Below, in pieces: positions 18,846 through 29,209 of a stretch of 64,000 nt of DNA. A program made the position numbers and the translations under genes. Position 1 is the stretch's first letter. The number at the start of each line of letters is the position of its first letter. The notes under the pieces are model-generated. The model was not told where the DNA came from. It ran no database searches and worked only from the letters and a program-made list of their open reading frames with translations. Location of the stretch: IMG/VR virus record IMGVR_UViG_3300030019_000003, positions 124,001-188,000 of that record; one strand, written 5' to 3'.

Positions 18846-20165
18846 ATGACAGATAAAATAGTTAATTTTTATAAAAGAATTATAACAGGTATCGGCTTTA
18901 GTTATGATGAAGAGAATTACATCAGGATGGGTACAGATCCAAAAGTATCTTCTATCTTTATCATGGATGGTAAATCGCTGGTACTTCCGACACAAGATCA
19001 TATCAGAACATCGACACAAGTAAAAGAGAATGGTGAAATAGATGTCGTTAAGATTCTCTATAACCCTATGTATGAAAACGCTGTTAGGATTGACAGCCCA
19101 AGTCTTATTATTACGAAACGCGCTGCTGAAAGTAAGTTAGGAGTAGCTCTTGCAACAGCAGGATCGTTACTTCTTACGATCGCTGAGAATGATAAACTTC
19201 ATGACAAGCTAAGTCTGGATGTAAGTAAGTTTTTATCCAGTCTTACTGAAGATGATGATGGCGGTAAAAGAAAATTAGTAGACAAGAAGTCTGTTGATAC
19301 ATGGATCAAAATGTGTAATCTCGCTATCTCTGGTGAAACACGTATCATTTCTATGTATGTTGCTAAGGCAGGTAAATATAAAGATATCAAGTACAATCGA
19401 TTATCAAAACTTGATTCACCTTTGTACGCACTATTGAAAACAGCTACGCCAGATACGAGTATCTATACTCTTAAGTTAAGACCAAAAGATATTAAGAGTT
19501 TTAATCTTATCTTTAAGTATCTCTTACCAGATCTTGAAGAAGACGGTACGATCAGTAGTGGTAGTAATGATAAAGAGTGCCCTGCTTTTATATCATTGAT
19601 GCAATTGTATCTTAGCGTATCGGGATGGCTTAATAAGATCATTACGGATATGGCTAATATTAATGAAGAGAAAGTGGACGAGGGTAAAATAACTATTGAT
19701 GTTACAGCGAAAGAACTAGAAAATCTTAGTATCTATCATGGTGAATTAAAACTTATCCCTAATGAAGCAACAGCTTCTAGACCAGTATTAATAACAACAC
19801 CCCCGGCTGCAGAAACATTAACACGTGGTATTCAACCTATGGTTGCAGCAAGAGTTCCTTTGGAACCTAGACCATTGGTAGAACCTACTATTCCGGTAAC
19901 AGGAAATCCTGATAAAGATTTCTTAAATCGTATGTATGGTAATCGTGGTCCAGATGTTAGAGTTGCTGTTCCTCAGGCTAATGCTTATCAAGGTATGCCT
20001 GGTTTTGGTTATGCTAATACGCAGCAACTGCAACAACCACAACAAGGTGGTTTTGGTTACAGTAGTACACAAAAAACAGGAGGATTTGGCAATAGTAACC
20101 CTAATAGCGCTTATGCTAATCCGTTTGGTAACAATGCCCCACAGCAGGGAAGATCAAGATTTTAA
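18846..20165 (+). CDS. conserved phiKZ gp70-like protein with Q/G/F-rich disordered C-terminus
   Basis: GAGGAGG RBS; GKSLVLPT, YNPMYEN, CPAFISLM; synteny. Confidence 0.65.
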   Translation: MTDKIVNFYKRIITGIGFSYDEENYIRMGTDPKVSSIFIMDGKSLVLPTQDHIRTSTQVKENGEIDVVKILYNPMYENAVRIDSPSLIITKRAAESKLGVALATAGSLLLTIAENDKLHDKLSLDVSKFLSSLTEDDDGGKRKLVDKKSVDTWIKMCNLAISGETRIISMYVAKAGKYKDIKYNRLSKLDSPLYALLKTATPDTSIYTLKLRPKDIKSFNLIFKYLLPDLEEDGTISSGSNDKECPAFISLMQLYLSVSGWLNKIITDMANINEEKVDEGKITIDVTAKELENLSIYHGELKLIPNEATASRPVLITTPPAAETLTRGIQPMVAARVPLEPRPLVEPTIPVTGNPDKDFLNRMYGNRGPDVRVAVPQANAYQGMPGFGYANTQQLQQPQQGGFGYSSTQKTGGFGNSNPNSAYANPFGNNAPQQGRSRF

Positions 20166-20170
20166 AACAG

Positions 20171-20204
20171 TAACAACTAGAACCTATATAGGTTCTAGTT
20201 GTTA
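20171..20204. terminator. perfect 34-bp palindrome between convergent genes
   Basis: TAACAACTAGAACCTATATAGGTTCTAGTTGTTA. Confidence 0.75.
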
Positions 20205-20217
20205 TAATGTTTATTTT

Positions 20218-20544
20218 TTAATAAGTCTTTTTGAATAATCGAACATAGTCATTGATAACATCATTGTCAAGAATGATAAAAGTGACTTTATCGCCATTAT
20301 AATCTTGTGAACACTTATAGCCATTAGCAACCATATTAGGATAAATAGAATCCAAAGGTACATTTAGAATTACTTTAAATAACCCGTATAAGTCTCCAAT
20401 ATACATATTGGCAATTGATGGTGTTACCGTTAATGTTGTAGCGGTATGGTTATTTTTAAGAGTTTGTATAATACTGTTATACTTGCTAATGAGTTCAGAG
20501 TCAACAGCGGTGTTGGGTATCATAGTAGAAATGTTATAACTCAC
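20218..20544 (-). CDS. small conserved phiKZ-like protein, probably structural
   Basis: GGAGGT RBS; GDLYGL...NG...DY motif. Confidence 0.6.
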   Translation of the reverse strand: MSYNISTMIPNTAVDSELISKYNSIIQTLKNNHTATTLTVTPSIANMYIGDLYGLFKVILNVPLDSIYPNMVANGYKCSQDYNGDKVTFIILDNDVINDYVRLFKKTY

Positions 20545-20613
20545 CTATTGTACCTCCCATGTGTTATTTTTTAAAAACAGATGCTTAAATAGAATTTCAA
20601 AAAAGGATATCGT

Positions 20614-21078
20614 ATGCTATCACAAGAGTACATAGAATTTATTAATAGCCTTCTAAATAACTCATTTAATCAAATTAAAATAGAAGATGATCCTATTAAT
20701 ATATACGTTAGAAGACTCTATCAATACATGCACGCCTACAGAGTTGCGACTGCTGAGGACGAAGAAGATTTTGAAAATGAATCATTACTATTCAGAGATC
20801 GCAATTTAAAAACCTGTAGAAAGGTATATGTAGCTCCCGTTTGGAGTCTCTTTAATATGAACAGTATTATCAAGTTTAAAGAGTTCATAGTAGAGGAAGT
20901 TAATACTAAAAAACTTATTCTCGATAACTATGCTATCCTATTACCAAATTTAGAAACTAAAGTCTTTTCTCCTAAGGATTCTATTATTTTGGATAATAAT
21001 AAACTTAAAAATATTGATAAGAAAACAGATAAGGTTATAATGGAAATGCTTAAAACTATTAAACCTTTTCTGGTATAG
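20614..21078 (+). CDS. hypothetical protein (154 aa)
   Basis: AAAGGA RBS; intact ORF. Confidence 0.75.
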   Translation: MLSQEYIEFINSLLNNSFNQIKIEDDPINIYVRRLYQYMHAYRVATAEDEEDFENESLLFRDRNLKTCRKVYVAPVWSLFNMNSIIKFKEFIVEEVNTKKLILDNYAILLPNLETKVFSPKDSIILDNNKLKNIDKKTDKVIMEMLKTIKPFLV

Positions 21079-21096
21079 TTCAGTGTTTTCTAACGA

Positions 21097-21105
21097 TATA
21101 TTATT
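21097..21105 (+). promoter_or_regulatory. putative early phage promoter
   Basis: CTAACGATATATTATT. Confidence 0.55.
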
Positions 21106-21314
21106 TATGTATGCAAACAAATAATAAAAGGGGTAACCGTGAATGATACTTTAAAAATAGATGGTAAAAATAATGATCCTGGTAACCTAAGATGGGTTCC
21201 CAGAGATGAGGCTGTTCTTAATGAGATGTTGGTAACTGAAAGACGTAAAGGTAATAAGATTTTCCATAAGATTTGGGATAAGATTACTAACGCACTAAAA
21301 AAGAAAGGAAACAA

Positions 21315-23579
21315 ATGACCGATGGAGTAACATCATCAGGTATACCTTATAATACACTCTTTGAAGATTTTCCAAGAGTTTTAGAAGTGGATCCTGATTT
21401 AGAGGTTAGGGAGGAGTTACTAAGCTTCCATGCTATGAATGGTAGTGTTGCTGAAAACTCATCAAGTCGTATGTTTATGTACTCTGCGCATGTTGCCCAG
21501 ATGCTAGCTATTATACATGGCGAAACGTCTATATGGCAATCCGGATTAGAGTCGCAATTCTCTAAAAATACTTTCTCGTGTAAAGCTAAAAATGATTGTA
21601 CCGTTCTAAGAGTTGTTTCGCGTTATAATGGTAATAGCAGCGATTATGCCAAGGGTCTTACAGAAGTAGTAGTCTTTGTTGTTGATAATGAAACAGGTGA
21701 GATAGATTTCATTAAGGTACCCTATTACCATACGTTACATCAGTATTTTGGTTTTAAATACATGTGGAATAAGGGTATCGTTAATGATCTTACAAAAGGG
21801 CTAAGACTTAAAAAAGGTACGGTGCTAGCTGACTCACCAACAGTCGGACCTAACGATACGTATAACTATGGTGTTAATGCTAACATAGCCCTTATGAGGC
21901 TACCAGAGACCGCAGAGGATGGTGTTATCATATCAGAGTCACTTTCTAATAAGTTAGTTTATAAGATCTTTGAAAGAAGAGTTATCAATTGTGGCGCAGA
22001 AAAGATTCCTCTTAATATCTATGGTGATGAAAATGAGTATAAAGCATTTCCAGAGATAGGTCAAAAGGTTAATACAGATAGTGTACTTATGGCGGTTCGC
22101 ACCTATGATGAAGCATTAGCTCCAGCATTATTTACCAAGAAAGCATTGATGGAATATGATCCACAATTCGATGAACCTTTCTATGTAAAAGGTCCTGGAA
22201 AAGATGAAGTTATTAACGGATTTGAGGTAACCTCAGGAACTGTGGTCGATGTAATTTCCTATTTTAACCCTAAATTCAAGAAGAGTATGTTCACAGGTGT
22301 AGCAGATGATGCTACAAAATATATTAATGGTTATAAGAAATACCATGAAGATATTATTGGTGCCTATGAGGATATTAAGAAAGAATACAGATCAGTCTAC
22401 GGTGATAATAATCTTAAACTTTCTGAAAGATTACACCGACAGATTATTAACAGTTATGCTATTGCAAATCCGGATGGTAACAAGATAGGATACTGTTTTA
22501 GAAAAGACAATCTTGATATTATACGTATTGAAATTGTAGTCGAATATACCGTCAGAGCAAAGGTGGGTTCAAAAATTTCTGATATGGCTGGATCCAAAGG
22601 TGTTATAGTACAAGTTAAACCAGACCATGAGATGCCAGTGGACATCTATGGTGAAAAAGCCCAAATTTTAATGGACCCGAGTGCTGTGGTTTCACGTATG
22701 AATATGGGAAGACTATATGGTGTCTATTTTAATGCCTCATCAAGGCACACCAAGTCATTAATTACTAACTGGTTGTATGCAGAAAAAACAAATTTCCCTA
22801 CTAGTAATTTAGACGCAATTCCTATTACTAAAGATATCGTTCTTAAACCTTTAAATCAGTATTCGGATGCTGTAATAAATACTGCATTTGATATTGCTGT
22901 AGGATTTACTGCTGTGTTTGGTACAGAACAATTTGAAGGTTATAGGGCGATAACAGATAGAGCCTCTAAAGAAAATATTCTTAAAGATATTGTTACTAAA
23001 GAGTTATTTTTCTATTACAGAGCTGGTAGCAAACGTAAACGTTATCAGGTTGCGTATGGTATTGAAAGTGCTATTTATAAACCTATACGCGATAGAGTTA
23101 AGTTTATTATGTATGGTAAAGAGTATATTAGTAAAAAACCTATAAGAATAGCACCACAGTATACTATCTTGTTAGGTAAAACTGCTGATAACTTCTTATC
23201 TACAGCATCTGCTAAGACTAATCACTTTGGTCTAGGTGTTGGTATCCCTAGTCATCAGAGACATCGTAATCCGTTTAAAGATACGGCAGTTAAAAATGAA
23301 TCTGAAACTGAAGGACGCTTGTTCGTATCTTTTGCGCCACCACAGTTTGTTGCTGAAATAAACGATAGAGCTAATAAAGATATCAACCGTTATATCTACG
23401 GTAAACTATTAAGAACTCCTAAGCCTACTAATGTAGGGCAGCTTATTGATAGGTCTGTTATACCTTATGGTAATAATTCAGCATTACAAGTAATAGAGTC
23501 GGTATTTAACTGTGCCGGAGTTGGTATTTCTTATGTAAGAGACAGCGCTGTTATACATGAGAATAAAGAAGGTGTATAA
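21315..23579 (+). CDS. non-virion RNA polymerase beta subunit, C-terminal part (phiKZ gp71-73-like), uninterrupted
   Basis: GVNANIA, EDGVIISES, GSKISDMAGSKGVI, DPSAVVSRMNMGRLY beta motifs. Confidence 0.9.
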   Translation: MTDGVTSSGIPYNTLFEDFPRVLEVDPDLEVREELLSFHAMNGSVAENSSSRMFMYSAHVAQMLAIIHGETSIWQSGLESQFSKNTFSCKAKNDCTVLRVVSRYNGNSSDYAKGLTEVVVFVVDNETGEIDFIKVPYYHTLHQYFGFKYMWNKGIVNDLTKGLRLKKGTVLADSPTVGPNDTYNYGVNANIALMRLPETAEDGVIISESLSNKLVYKIFERRVINCGAEKIPLNIYGDENEYKAFPEIGQKVNTDSVLMAVRTYDEALAPALFTKKALMEYDPQFDEPFYVKGPGKDEVINGFEVTSGTVVDVISYFNPKFKKSMFTGVADDATKYINGYKKYHEDIIGAYEDIKKEYRSVYGDNNLKLSERLHRQIINSYAIANPDGNKIGYCFRKDNLDIIRIEIVVEYTVRAKVGSKISDMAGSKGVIVQVKPDHEMPVDIYGEKAQILMDPSAVVSRMNMGRLYGVYFNASSRHTKSLITNWLYAEKTNFPTSNLDAIPITKDIVLKPLNQYSDAVINTAFDIAVGFTAVFGTEQFEGYRAITDRASKENILKDIVTKELFFYYRAGSKRKRYQVAYGIESAIYKPIRDRVKFIMYGKEYISKKPIRIAPQYTILLGKTADNFLSTASAKTNHFGLGVGIPSHQRHRNPFKDTAVKNESETEGRLFVSFAPPQFVAEINDRANKDINRYIYGKLLRTPKPTNVGQLIDRSVIPYGNNSALQVIESVFNCAGVGISYVRDSAVIHENKEGV

Positions 23580-23597
23580 GGGAATTTCCCTTATACA
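23573..23597. terminator. inverted repeat overlapping the beta stop codon
   Basis: 12-bp arms, 1-nt spacer. Confidence 0.55.
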
Positions 23598-23616
23598 TTA
23601 TTCATGAGGATGGGTA

Positions 23617-24204
23617 ATGAATTTAACACGACGAATATCCTATGGCGAGATACTCGAATGTATCCAGTCTTCAAAATATAAAGAGTCTTGTGATATTACC
23701 ATAGACAAAATCCCAGAGAGTTTTTTAGACTTAACAGGACGTACACATAATAATCATTTGTATCTACGTTATCTTGGTGTTAACAGTAACTATTATCCTC
23801 TATGGCTTATAGAGTGTCAGCGTTGCTTTAAACTCTCTATTATAGTGTATGTTGACGATCGTGTAACAGAGACAGGTAAGTGTAGTAAGTGTCGTTCTAG
23901 TAAGTTCTATAATTCTACAGATAAGTTTTATAAAATCTGGAATCAGCTCTATCGTAAAGTTACTGATCCTAAACATAGGTTTTATGCTAATTCGGGTGGA
24001 AATGGTTATACCATAGATCCTAGTTGGAGTGACTATCTTGTTTTTAAAAAAGATATGTTTAAAAGTTATAGCAAAGGACTAGTACTAACTGTTATAGGTA
24101 GGTCTAAGCATTTTTCTAAGAAGACAGCAAAATGGACAGAACCTGTTTATAACATTAATGCTAAGAATGCTAAAGAAATTAGAGGGAGGGGTACTAAAGT
24201 ATGA
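23617..24204 (+). CDS. degenerate HNH-like homing endonuclease
   Basis: Two CxxC pairs; YANSGGNGYTIDPSWSDYLVFKKDM resembles YGGRGI.VC..W..F..F..DM; the LDRID..Y...NCRW core is replaced by LTVIGRSKHFSKKTAKW. Confidence 0.6.
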   Translation: MNLTRRISYGEILECIQSSKYKESCDITIDKIPESFLDLTGRTHNNHLYLRYLGVNSNYYPLWLIECQRCFKLSIIVYVDDRVTETGKCSKCRSSKFYNSTDKFYKIWNQLYRKVTDPKHRFYANSGGNGYTIDPSWSDYLVFKKDMFKSYSKGLVLTVIGRSKHFSKKTAKWTEPVYNINAKNAKEIRGRGTKV

Positions 24205-25097
24205 ATTATGATCTTAAATATCTGGTAAGTCGCCCTGTTAAACTTCCAGTAGATATTGCGATTACTATTGGTGAATCATGCGGTACAACTGCTTGTAAGA
24301 TAACATACGGTGAACCTATTGTTTCTATAGACACAACAGATACATTTGTTGTTTCTGACATCGTTGATATCATAGCAAGTTTTAACAAGGTCTCGTTAAC
24401 AAATGATGTAACCGAATGTCTTGATAAGGCAATGATGTCATTTTTAAGAACGCACACTACTGGTAATACAATACTTGTAACAGGTAATCCTAAAAAGATC
24501 TCACTGGCTGACAAAACGTACACAACAGAATTGATAGCAAGTTCTACTACTGTGAAAGAACATCTCTATCTTAAAAGTAAAATGCTCTTTGATCTTAAAT
24601 CAAAAGGTATTAAACTATTAAATTCTATTCGTGATCTTGATGATTCTTCTACATTCGGATATTATAAATATCTTGTAAGTGTATATGCGGGCAAAATCAT
24701 AGATCATCCTACAAAATTAGATACCGAACCCGGGAAGATTAGGATAGATGTTTTTAACGAAAAGAATAAAAAAGATATAATAAAAATATCTTTTCAAAAG
24801 GTTAATAAGAAATATATATTCATGACCATCGTTATTAATAATATCAAAAAGGTTACTGAACGATATTTATTTCCTATTCCAGAGGAATATGGTTATGTCA
24901 CAGGATATCACGAAGCTACACAGGTAATTATTAGACATATAAAAGAAAATGTAGCAATACTGATGTCACAAGGGATCATAGATCCTTTAAAATATAATCA
25001 TATCCCAGGTGAAGTGTATCTACGGGATAACGTAGCCTTTATCGAAAATGAGTTAAGACGAAGTAATGTAGATAAATTTATTTTATGTTGTAAATAA
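24201..25097 (+). CDS. hypothetical protein (298 aa)
   Basis: ATGA overlap; GAGG RBS. Confidence 0.75.
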   Translation: MNYDLKYLVSRPVKLPVDIAITIGESCGTTACKITYGEPIVSIDTTDTFVVSDIVDIIASFNKVSLTNDVTECLDKAMMSFLRTHTTGNTILVTGNPKKISLADKTYTTELIASSTTVKEHLYLKSKMLFDLKSKGIKLLNSIRDLDDSSTFGYYKYLVSVYAGKIIDHPTKLDTEPGKIRIDVFNEKNKKDIIKISFQKVNKKYIFMTIVINNIKKVTERYLFPIPEEYGYVTGYHEATQVIIRHIKENVAILMSQGIIDPLKYNHIPGEVYLRDNVAFIENELRRSNVDKFILCCK

Positions 25098-25105
25098 GGA
25101 GCTAT

Positions 25106-25582
25106 ATGCGTGAATTTGTAAATCTGTCACCTTACCTTATCACTATTAATGATAAAGTATATGACCCGGCGCAAACACTAACAGTTGCAGAGGTATTGAC
25201 TATTCTTGATGATAACAATATCAACTATGCTAAAAAGAATGCTGATGAAAAAGTCTTCATAGTTGATAATGAAGTCTATTGCCGTATACAAGCCTTTTCA
25301 TTAGCAACTAGGCATGTTAAGGTTCTACCAGCGTCTATTTTTATTAATGTACCTAATGCTGATAAATACAAAATAACACCCGTAGCAGTTATTAACATTA
25401 CCGATAATGATGTGAAAACTGAAACAGGTGCTCTTTGTAAAGCAAAGATAACTAAAACAGAGGCGCATAATCTTATTCTTAATCATACGGATAAGACCTA
25501 TTGGGGTCATATTAGCGAGGCTGAATATGAGGCTATGCCAGTTAAGCGTAAACGATTCTACATTACTATATCAAACCTTTAG
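25106..25582 (+). CDS. hypothetical protein (158 aa)
   Basis: AAGGAG RBS. Confidence 0.75.
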   Translation: MREFVNLSPYLITINDKVYDPAQTLTVAEVLTILDDNNINYAKKNADEKVFIVDNEVYCRIQAFSLATRHVKVLPASIFINVPNADKYKITPVAVINITDNDVKTETGALCKAKITKTEAHNLILNHTDKTYWGHISEAEYEAMPVKRKRFYITISNL

Positions 25583-25591
25583 GAAAAAACA

Positions 25592-26023
25592 ATGAACCAA
25601 GAAATAATGACACCAGAACATGCGGAAGCTATGAAAGAAACCTATACAAAAATCTTAGATGCTGCAGGTGATACCAGTGTCTTTACAGCAGCACCAGATG
25701 AAGTAGAGGCATTCTTACCGGCTATCGCAGATACGATAGAAGTTGAGCGCAAGCATGAGCAAATGGCGGTATCAAGTGTTGATGCAGGTTCTAACAGACT
25801 TGTTATACAAACACGTAAGAAACGTAAACAACTTGAACATCAAAAGTTCGTAGTTGAAAGGGCTAAAGCTAGAGGTATTAAACCTAAAGAAATCGTTGAG
25901 AGCATCATGCGAAAAGAAGATCCTGTTATTAACAAGATTCGATCTGAACAAGCTGAAAGAGAAAAAGCTGCTCGAAGGGCTAAAGCTAAAGCTGCTAAGA
26001 AGTCTAAGCAACGTAACCGGTAA
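25592..26023 (+). CDS. hypothetical protein, acidic N-half and very basic helical C-terminus
   Basis: AGGA RBS; ends AARRAKAKAAKKSKQRNR. Confidence 0.75.
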   Translation: MNQEIMTPEHAEAMKETYTKILDAAGDTSVFTAAPDEVEAFLPAIADTIEVERKHEQMAVSSVDAGSNRLVIQTRKKRKQLEHQKFVVERAKARGIKPKEIVESIMRKEDPVINKIRSEQAEREKAARRAKAKAAKKSKQRNR

Positions 26024-26029
26024 ACGGCT

Positions 26030-26578
26030 ATGTTTGTTTGTTTAAGAAAACTATTATTAGGATTTGCTATGGTGGTGTTAAATAAAATAAGAGATCGTAG
26101 CTTTAAAAAACTTATTGAGAATATTAATAGTTCAAAATTTGAGTTTAGAGTACTAACTCTGAGTGATATTTTATCCCTAAGGCTAATGCTAGTTGTGTAT
26201 AATGATCTTGATTCAACACGGCTATCAATACTTTTAATGCTAGCTAAGAAAGATGACCACCCTTATAAATTGGTAATCGATCTTCAACGTATGCTAACGT
26301 TATGCATTAATAACGATCATTTTGATGCTGCTAAAAAATGGGTTGCACTTACTGAATGTCTTACGCAAGAAAAACTTCTTACTATCGGTTCGATACACGC
26401 ATTTAATTACGTGCCAGCTACTGATGATGATACCTGTACCGCTGCCGCGCATGACTTTCATTCTGAGGCGTATAAGCAAGAAGCTATTAATAACATTATA
26501 GCAACTTATACCTATAGTGGTATGCTTATGGATGAAGCTATTAGTACTATAAAAAAGGAATACTTGTGGGAAAAATAA
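26030..26578 (+). CDS. hypothetical protein
   Basis: Intact ORF in operon; start may be the downstream ATG after AGGA. Confidence 0.65.
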   Translation: MFVCLRKLLLGFAMVVLNKIRDRSFKKLIENINSSKFEFRVLTLSDILSLRLMLVVYNDLDSTRLSILLMLAKKDDHPYKLVIDLQRMLTLCINNDHFDAAKKWVALTECLTQEKLLTIGSIHAFNYVPATDDDTCTAAAHDFHSEAYKQEAINNIIATYTYSGMLMDEAISTIKKEYLWEK

Positions 26579-27045
26579 AATACAGAACAAAAGAATCATT
26601 GTATATCAATACCAGTAAACCAACGATTGATTTAGGGGCTAAAAGCATTGCTGCGTTGCCTGTTAAATTCTCACTGTTTGAAATGATAGTATCCAGGCTA
26701 AAAGGTGACCGTGATTATTTTATAACAAACAAAACCGGTTTAAGAGCATGGCTTAATAAGTGGTTTAAAAATCTTGTTTTTATAGAGGATATTGTCTCTG
26801 TAGAAAATAACCCGATCATCAATTGTTCTGGTAAAGATATCCATTTTAGAGTAATCGCTAAAAGAGACAAGAACGGGCATATTTATACTTGTGTTAAGAC
26901 GAGTAAGAAAAGCAGGTTTAAATCGATTCTAGAGCTTGCTAGCGCACACTCTGAGGGTAAATTGGTAGTTATGAATGATAGGTATTCCAGAGGATGGGAT
27001 AAACATATTGGGGACAAATACGTCCATATTAAAGATTTCTTTTAA
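26566..27045 (+). CDS. hypothetical protein (159 aa)
   Basis: AAAGGA RBS before GTG; overlaps upstream gene. Confidence 0.7.
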   Translation: MGKIKYRTKESLYINTSKPTIDLGAKSIAALPVKFSLFEMIVSRLKGDRDYFITNKTGLRAWLNKWFKNLVFIEDIVSVENNPIINCSGKDIHFRVIAKRDKNGHIYTCVKTSKKSRFKSILELASAHSEGKLVVMNDRYSRGWDKHIGDKYVHIKDFF

Positions 27046-27048
27046 AAG

Positions 27049-27076
27049 CTATAGAAGGGGTACGTCCCTTCTATAG
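27049..27076. terminator. inverted repeat terminator
   Basis: 11-bp arms CTATAGAAGGG/CCCTTCTATAG with downstream T tract. Confidence 0.65.
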
Positions 27077-27134
27077 TAATACTATAGTGTTATTTTTTTG
27101 ATTTAAAGGAATATAAAAAATAAAAAGGAATACT

Positions 27135-27629
27135 ATGAAGGTATTATGTTACGAAGATTTATCACAAGAACTATTAACCTTTTACGGTCAATACCCTGAT
27201 AGTATAGCAGCGTTAGCAGAATGGGTTACTAAACCCGATATGGAATTATTCCCTATGATCTATACCGCATGCAATTTATTTAAAAGTAAGAGTACTGCAA
27301 ATGAGTTTTATGTCTATAGAGGAATGTTAAAAGTTAAAACTAATCAAGACCATATGACTATCACTCCTTACAGTAAAGTAGGCGACGTACTTTCTTATGA
27401 AAATAAAGCTAACCCACTTAGTTTTACAACAGATATAAGTGTTGCAACTCAGTATGGCGATATGATTGTAGCTAGTCTACTAGATACGGGCACTTATGAT
27501 ATACTAGAGTTAACAGATGAACTTATGTATCTTATAAGTTTAAAAAATAAAGTACTCGAACCTTTTACAGAAAAAGAAATCATTCTTGTGCCTGCTTATA
27601 ATATCATTTATAGAATACTTAAAATATAA
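27135..27629 (+). CDS. ADP-ribosyltransferase-like protein (R-S-E type)
   Basis: VYRG, LSFTTDISVATQYG and EKEII motifs in canonical R-S-E order. Confidence 0.6.
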   Translation: MKVLCYEDLSQELLTFYGQYPDSIAALAEWVTKPDMELFPMIYTACNLFKSKSTANEFYVYRGMLKVKTNQDHMTITPYSKVGDVLSYENKANPLSFTTDISVATQYGDMIVASLLDTGTYDILELTDELMYLISLKNKVLEPFTEKEIILVPAYNIIYRILKI

Positions 27630-27661
27630 CACTACAAGGACATTGTCCTTGTAGTGTTATA
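27625..27661. terminator. bidirectional inverted repeat
   Basis: 18-bp arms, 1-nt spacer, between convergent genes. Confidence 0.75.
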
Positions 27662-27682
27662 CCAACATTATTTTTTTAATAG

Positions 27683-29209
27683 TTAAATATCAAAACCATC
27701 TAGGTCGTCACCATTTTCACCTGATTCAGTATCTGGGTTATTAATTGTTTCCATAATCGGCATATCCCTATCTTTAGGAAAGTTAAGAATAGCATATTTA
27801 TATTTATCATCTACGGAACCTGGTCTACGATGTTTATCCCAGCCTATAGTTAAAACAGGTTTACGATTAATATAAGCTTTGTGAATATAAAAACCAGCAT
27901 CCCAAATCTGATCTAAACGTTTACTAAGTTCAGAATATCCTTTACCAGCTATCTCTTTAACAAAGTTAAGATCGCTCACAACATTTTGTCGTGTAAGCTG
28001 CTTAGCCTCTGTGGAAAGTTGATGTGGGCTTATGAAAAGGATCCCTCGAGCAGAAAAAAAGTTTCTGACACGATTAAATAAATCATGTAAGTCGCTACCG
28101 GTTGATCCAGAATTAACACATCCTATTGTAGGAAGTTTTGCTAAGTAGTCTGTAATACATGTTAAGATCTCATAGCCCATAGATTCTAATTTAAGAACAA
28201 GATTGAACATATGCTTATATGTCCATTCTGATGGATTGATTCTATAGTACTTTACATGCCATCCCTTAGCCCCTAGACGCTCTTTAACATATGTAGCCAT
28301 CTCTTCTTTACTAATAGTACTAATATCAGGTTTAAAGCCGTTCTCGTTGTTAAATAGATAGAGGTAAACAAAGTTAATAATAATCTCCGCATCATCTTCT
28401 AAACTTAAGAATAATAATAGAGGTTTTTTAGTTTTATCTTTTAAGAATGTAAAAGGGTCATTCTTAGTAGGAATTTGTGCTGACAAGGTTTGTGCCAAAC
28501 CAGATTTATAATTATGCTGTAGTGCCTGGTAGATTATAAATTCACCTAGTCTCCATCCACCTCTAAACATACGATTTAATTCTTTAAATCCTGTTACGAT
28601 AAGACCGCCCGCTTCATTAATCTTTTTAACTTTAACCATCATCTTACTAACTTCTTCGACGTCGCCAACGTCCATCTCATCTACGATACCAGGATCTTTA
28701 GATTTTGTAGGTGTTGAGAGAGCTTCTATATTAGTAGCAAGTTGTGTTAGAAAGTCATAGAGTGAAACATCTTCTAACCCTTGTCTTAAAGAGATAGTAG
28801 ATTTTGTTAATAACATAAGAGCTTGTTGCTCTTTAAAAAATAAGTCTAGTTGATTTCTTAAGCTAATGATGTTACGTTTCATACCTGGAACAGAAAGTTC
28901 GGTGTTCAGCGTTTTTTCAATTGCCGCAAAGGTAGTATCTTTTTCTCTTAATGCTAAACGTAATGCGTCTATAAGAGCTGTTTTATCAATTGTCTCAGGG
29001 TTCGTTAATATGCCTAATAATATTTTCTTAACGTCTTCTAATATTTGGTTATCGCCACCAATGATGTTTTTGCTATAACCATCTTTTTGAAGATTTATAA
29101 TTGTTTTAACAAGAGCTTTACTATTGTCAATGTCGCTTTCACCTGACTCTCTTTCACGGTATAAAAGTACAATACATTTCAATAGTGTTTCTAGTTTTGA
29201 GTTACCCAT
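27683..29209 (-). CDS. dnaB: DnaB-like replicative helicase (phiKZ gp118-like)
   Basis: FKELNRMFRGGWRLGE, Walker A-like ALQHNYKSG, LSLEDD, ITDYL, SPHQLS; likely start ATG 29209 (508 aa). Confidence 0.88.
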   Translation of the reverse strand: MGNSKLETLLKCIVLLYRERESGESDIDNSKALVKTIINLQKDGYSKNIIGGDNQILEDVKKILLGILTNPETIDKTALIDALRLALREKDTTFAAIEKTLNTELSVPGMKRNIISLRNQLDLFFKEQQALMLLTKSTISLRQGLEDVSLYDFLTQLATNIEALSTPTKSKDPGIVDEMDVGDVEEVSKMMVKVKKINEAGGLIVTGFKELNRMFRGGWRLGEFIIYQALQHNYKSGLAQTLSAQIPTKNDPFTFLKDKTKKPLLLFLSLEDDAEIIINFVYLYLFNNENGFKPDISTISKEEMATYVKERLGAKGWHVKYYRINPSEWTYKHMFNLVLKLESMGYEILTCITDYLAKLPTIGCVNSGSTGSDLHDLFNRVRNFFSARGILFISPHQLSTEAKQLTRQNVVSDLNFVKEIAGKGYSELSKRLDQIWDAGFYIHKAYINRKPVLTIGWDKHRRPGSVDDKYKYAILNFPKDRDMPIMETINNPDTESGENGDDLDGFDI

